A stretch of DNA of 63,600 nt, filler included, from Aduncisulcus paluster (Eukaryota), in assembly GCA_024181965.1 (NCBI GenBank). It is 8 parts of 8 records of this genome, joined end to end, with 100 filler letters (N's around TTAATTAATTAA, not from the genome) between each part and the next. Parts side by side here need not be neighbours in the genome. Positions count along the whole stretch, not along the records: positions 54,385 to 61,406 come from BQXS01012312.1; positions 61,507 to 63,600 come from BQXS01012331.1; 6 more parts are not named here. One strand, written 5' to 3'. Position 1 is the stretch's first letter. The number at the start of each line of letters is the position of its first letter. Below, piece by piece: positions 59,801 to 63,600 of this stretch. The position numbers were made by a program, and so were the translations under genes. The notes under the pieces were generated by a model. That model worked only from the letters and a program-made list of their open reading frames with translations, made no database searches and was not told the origin of the DNA.

Positions 59801-61406
59801 TTTACCTCTCTCTCTCTCAGAAGTGGCAAACATGCAATCGCGAGAAATGAGCGACGAGCATTGTGTGTGTGAATCTGGACTGCCAATGTACAGTCTGTCA
59901 TACTCTCCAACAAGACCTATGTGTGTCAACTCTGTGAAAGCCTCTCTCTCTCTTGCCAGGGCTGTGCTTGGTGTTTGCGAGGGATATCGTGATGGTGCGT
60001 TGTTAAATAACAATGCTACTGGTTCTCTTGAGGCTGATGAACGCCGTGACGATAGTGTATTCCTGACTTCTCTACAGAGATCTCACCCTGATAATGGGAA
60101 GACAGTTGGGGAGTCTCCGCCAACAATAGTTTCTTCAACTTCTTCCAAACAAAAACCAGTGGAGACTGTCGGAAGCTCCTCTCTCACTCCTTTCTCTCTT
60201 CACAGAAGTATTATTGCAGCTGCAGTCGCACTCGTTGTGTTTTGGCATAAATTTTCTCTATCGCCGAGTGTGTTGATGCCTGCCATTGATATTATGCAGC
60301 GGGTGTCTCTTCGTGGATGTTTCTCCCTGGTTCTGGGTGGGGCTGATCTAACCTTGGATATCATGAACATCAGAGAGAGATCGAAGAGATACCATCATGC
60401 AGAGGGTCCTGTGGTTTCTGTCTCGAGATATGATAAGTTGAGGGTCTATTTGTTGTCTTCACTGTCTTGGCAAGGGTTGGCTGATCCATTCTTCCATATG
60501 ATCCAGCAAGATAACCAGGAGACTGCAAGAAGTGAGGATGAGCTTGCTCCTGATGTTAATCCTTCATCCATGTTCGCTCAGTTCAAAACAGATGGGTTCA
60601 TTTTGACTGGAGGAATCGACATAAAGACAAGGGACAAGCAGGCTTCTAAGAGTTCAAAAATTCCACAATCGGCTTCGTCTTCATTACAGCAATATGTTCT
60701 TGCATCTGTGGCATCATGTGATCCCCTTCGACCCTATGTATTCTCAGCTCCGTGGGTAGCAAGATGGCATGGACAATACGAGATGCGTGGGGTTGTGAAT
60801 GAAGTCGAGAATATGGTAAGAGATATGGTTTTAACAGGAGAAGAAGAGGCTGTGCCACAGGTTGACACTACATCAGGACAAATGGTAGTGGCTCGTAGGC
60901 CATCAATGACATCTGGAGCATCTACTCGGAGCATTAAGGCATCTTTCTTGCCCTACCTTTCTCTTGAGTCCTCAACTGCACTCAAAGGAGAGGAGAAGTG
61001 GAAGTTATTGAGTCTGCTTACCGTGATTGGAAGGGAGCTCTGGCATGTGAGGAAACCTCTGAAGGCCTCATCAGCTTCTCCCTCTGCTCAATCTTCCATC
61101 TTCCGCGGAATGTTCTCAGAGGATACATCTTTCAACTTTGACACTTACTCTGCGTGGATATTGCAGAGTCTTGAAGGAGTCTTTGATATCGGACAGACTG
61201 TTCGTGGGAATGAACACGATGTTGGAACAACAGTTCTTCGGAAGTTGTTCATTGAACCGGGGCAACTGAGTGGCGAGACAGCCTTGCAACTCTTGCGTCT
61301 CTTGATGGTTCTTGAAGAACAGCGACCGGGTGTAGTATGTGAATCCTTTGATCGGGTTGTCAGAATAGTTCAAAAGAAACCTGTTAAGCGGAAGACCATC
61401 TACGAT
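56829..61406 (+). CDS. Large (>1480 aa) probably helical-repeat hypothetical protein, 2 exons, 3' partial
   Basis: ATG 56829, intron 56857-56982 (GTATGT...TAG) in frame with the 1490-codon ORF; no family recognised. Confidence 0.75.
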
Positions 61407-61506
61407 NNNNNNNNNNNNNNNNNNNNNNNNNNNNNNNNNNNNNNNNNNNNTTAATTAATTAANNNNNNNNNNNNNNNNNNNNNNNNNNNNNNNNNNNNNN
61501 NNNNNN
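61407..61506. other. Artificial contig spacer
   Basis: N44-TTAATTAATTAA-N44. Confidence 0.97.
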
Positions 61507-62000
61507 GTAATGTCGATGTATTCTTTCTTCTTTTCAAACATTGATTTGATGAAGAAACCATCACGTGCAGTCTCAGCACCAACACCACGGTGGAATTGTT
61601 TCCATCCTGCCCCATTCACCCCTCCTTCAATGACTCTATCGAACACAGATTCTGACGTGGCTTCAGCAGGCATGTCAAGGCCATACAGAGGCTTCAGACC
61701 AGGTGTGAATGCATACATTGGATCGTCAACAATGGATTCATGAAGGAGTTGACATTCACCATTTGTTCCATCCCTGCTGAGTTTGGATGCATGCCAACGT
61801 CCTGGACGAACGTTTGGAATGGTCAAAGCATATCTTGCATCTTCCGCAGGATCAACGAGAATCAGTGTGTTTTTGTCACGATCAGTGCCACGATCCTCTT
61901 CAGATGGAATGTCACCAACAGTGATAACATCCTCCTCAATTGGAACAGTCCAAGCATAACTCAGCTCTTGTTCAGCATTGAGCCCTTCTCCTTTCGAATG
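61507..62000 (-). CDS. Hypothetical coding segment without an evident start codon, 3' partial
   Basis: About 164 open codons (HSKGEGLNAEQELSYAWTVPIEEDVITVGD...) begin right after TAG at 62003-62001; composition is coding-like. Confidence 0.55.
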
Positions 62001-62041
62001 CTACAAAGTACCTTTGAAGAAATTGATTAAAAAACGATAAA

Positions 62042-62602
62042 TCATTTTTCTTTCGCCATTTTTGAGTATTCTTTGGCCGTGTCTCTTATAAATGCTTCAG
62101 CTATTGTGATAGATTCGAATTTATCAACTCCACAAAAAACTACTCTTCCACTAACAAAAACACGTAAAGTTATCTTTGGATCTTTCAAATTAATTGTAAG
62201 ACTTGATGATATTTCTGGTTCGTACCTTGAAAAGGGCCGAATTTTTGGATTTTCAATGTACCGTGTCAAATCCACAGGATGGTCAAGCTTAAACACTCCA
62301 CAGATATTTGAAAGAGCTATTGATGGCATTTCTAAATCGGGAACATCTGCGAGTTGAATAATTCTTGAAATAAATTGAAGGACATGAATCCCTTCTTTTA
62401 CAGAGGTAGAACCAACCATATGATATTTACCATTTTCAAAAAGTCGAAAAGATACCTTCGGAAAACAGTGAGGTCGAATGGTTATTCCAGGAAAGGCATA
62501 AGGATCATAGGCAGATCCACGAATCTTAATATTTAACTCTTTAAGTCGAAACTTTCTTGAATATGAACCAAATAGAGAGATATTTGAAATACTATACGCC
62601 AT
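62042..62602 (-). CDS. TBP: Divergent TATA-binding protein (TBP or TBP-related factor), core only
   Basis: Two TBP repeats: SNISL...YDPYAFPGITIR...PKVSFRLFENGKYHMVG and SNICG...YEPEISSSLTINLKDPKITLRVFVSGRVVFCG. Confidence 0.85.
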   Translation of the reverse strand: MAYSISNISLFGSYSRKFRLKELNIKIRGSAYDPYAFPGITIRPHCFPKVSFRLFENGKYHMVGSTSVKEGIHVLQFISRIIQLADVPDLEMPSIALSNICGVFKLDHPVDLTRYIENPKIRPFSRYEPEISSSLTINLKDPKITLRVFVSGRVVFCGVDKFESITIAEAFIRDTAKEYSKMAKEK

Positions 62603-62835
62603 CAAAAATTTCAATTCCACACCAAGAGATCAGATTGATTCTCCCACTCTGTAATTGAGCTTATCAAATAAACAAGATATGAAATTATTTATTATTGAGG
62701 ACTAACAAATACATTTGTGTAATAAATACAATGTAATATAGGAATCCAAGACCCAGGGAGTTTTCGCTCTAAAACCCCAGCTTTTCTGATCTTGAAAATA
62801 TCCTTTTGACTTAAATATAAATTAAACACCAAAAA

Positions 62836-63600
62836 ATGCGAGCAGAAGCTAAATCAGCCGCTGTATTTGGTGTATTCTTCTGGATATTCTTTCATATTCT
62901 GATCACCCTTCTACCAATGTTAAGTTCATCGATGCAGATATATTTATTCAATGATGCCTTTTTTATTGATGAAAATTATCCAGAGAAGGCCTATATTGAC
63001 CTTCAAAACAAACATTCAACAAGCAGAACGATTACCTATTTCTCTTCAATTATTCTAAATATAATCTTTTATATTCGAATTTGTGGATCAGATCCTGGCT
63101 ATTTAAATACTTTAGAGGATGAAGAAGATTCTGTATTTTGTGCCTCTCAAGATCAAGATAAACGATGTGAAGAGGAACATATTCTTGAGAATCCCTTTGA
63201 AATGGAGCGTGTTCCAACATTATCACATTCTTGTTCCCCAAAAACATCCCCTTATCAATCACCAAGACCACCTATTTTGAATTCATCCGATTCTCATGAC
63301 ACAGTTCATCACGAAGATATTTTGTCCCATTCAGAACACGAAGGTGGAGAAGATGTTATTCAGATTCGTTCTCCCATCGTTCAAGATCCTTCTTCTTTCC
63401 CAGCAACATCATCGAAACCCCACAATGGCGATGGAAGTCGTGATTACAAGACAGATTCCGTTACAGTGGATGCCACTGGTGCTCCCCACCTTCTGATGAG
63501 AATATGCAAGTATTGTCCCTCCTCGGCGGCTCCCAGACCTTGTCGTAGTCACCATTGTTTCCATTGCAATCGATGCGTCGGTATGTTCGATCATCATTGT
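62836..63600 (+). CDS. DHHC palmitoyltransferase (3' end beyond window)
   Basis: Manual translation from ATG 62836: two TM segments, GSDPGYL, then CKYCP...PRPCRSHHCFHCNRCVGMFDHHC at the window end. Absent from the ORF track because no stop lies inside the window. Confidence 0.93.
   Translation, partial: MRAEAKSAAVFGVFFWIFFHILITLLPMLSSSMQIYLFNDAFFIDENYPEKAYIDLQNKHSTSRTITYFSSIILNIIFYIRICGSDPGYLNTLEDEEDSVFCASQDQDKRCEEEHILENPFEMERVPTLSHSCSPKTSPYQSPRPPILNSSDSHDTVHHEDILSHSEHEGGEDVIQIRSPIVQDPSSFPATSSKPHNGDGSRDYKTDSVTVDATGAPHLLMRICKYCPSSAAPRPCRSHHCFHCNRCVGMFDHHC

Noticed and set aside
13705..61506. Recurrent TTAATTAATTAA palindrome inside N runs as a biological repeat
   Set aside because: Identical 100-nt construct seven times with stops in all six frames; it is a contig-joining linker.
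1..63600. TAA/TAG-to-Gln genetic code as in hexamitid diplomonads
   Set aside because: Conserved genes end at TAA (NHP2, cyclin), the 8-repeat kinase ends at TAG, and long ORFs are open in the standard code.

Overview
Gene-dense, AT-rich eukaryotic (protist) DNA made of eight unrelated contigs joined by artificial 100-nt spacers (N44-TTAATTAATTAA-N44), so neighbourhoods across spacers are not real. Divergent proteins, short introns that all begin GTATGT, a divergent Tim17-family gene and a processing-peptidase gene point to a free-living metamonad (Fornicata; resembles Aduncisulcus/Carpediemonas-like organisms, an inference not confirmed by search). Recognisable genes: TEX261/Svp26, cyclin, MPP-beta-like peptidase, NHP2, RPL23A, Sec20, 6PGL, IPI1/TEX10, PP2C, CCDC28-like, Tim17-family, TBP and a DHHC palmitoyltransferase. 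Mobile DNA: a chromodomain-bearing Ty3/Gypsy element in pol-end-then-gag order, and a non-LTR RT fragment abutting two tRNA-Arg-like remnants. The most distinctive element is a head-to-head pair of genes built from 8 and 4 tandem, highly diverged copies of an unrecognised ~150-190 aa beta-rich domain fused to a C-terminal Ser/Thr kinase, with a further decayed copy on another contig. Also notable are an LRR/EGF surface protein, repeated +1 frameshifts at triplet repeats, and a Met-less ORF directly behind TBP. All family calls come from motif recognition by eye; no database searches were run.
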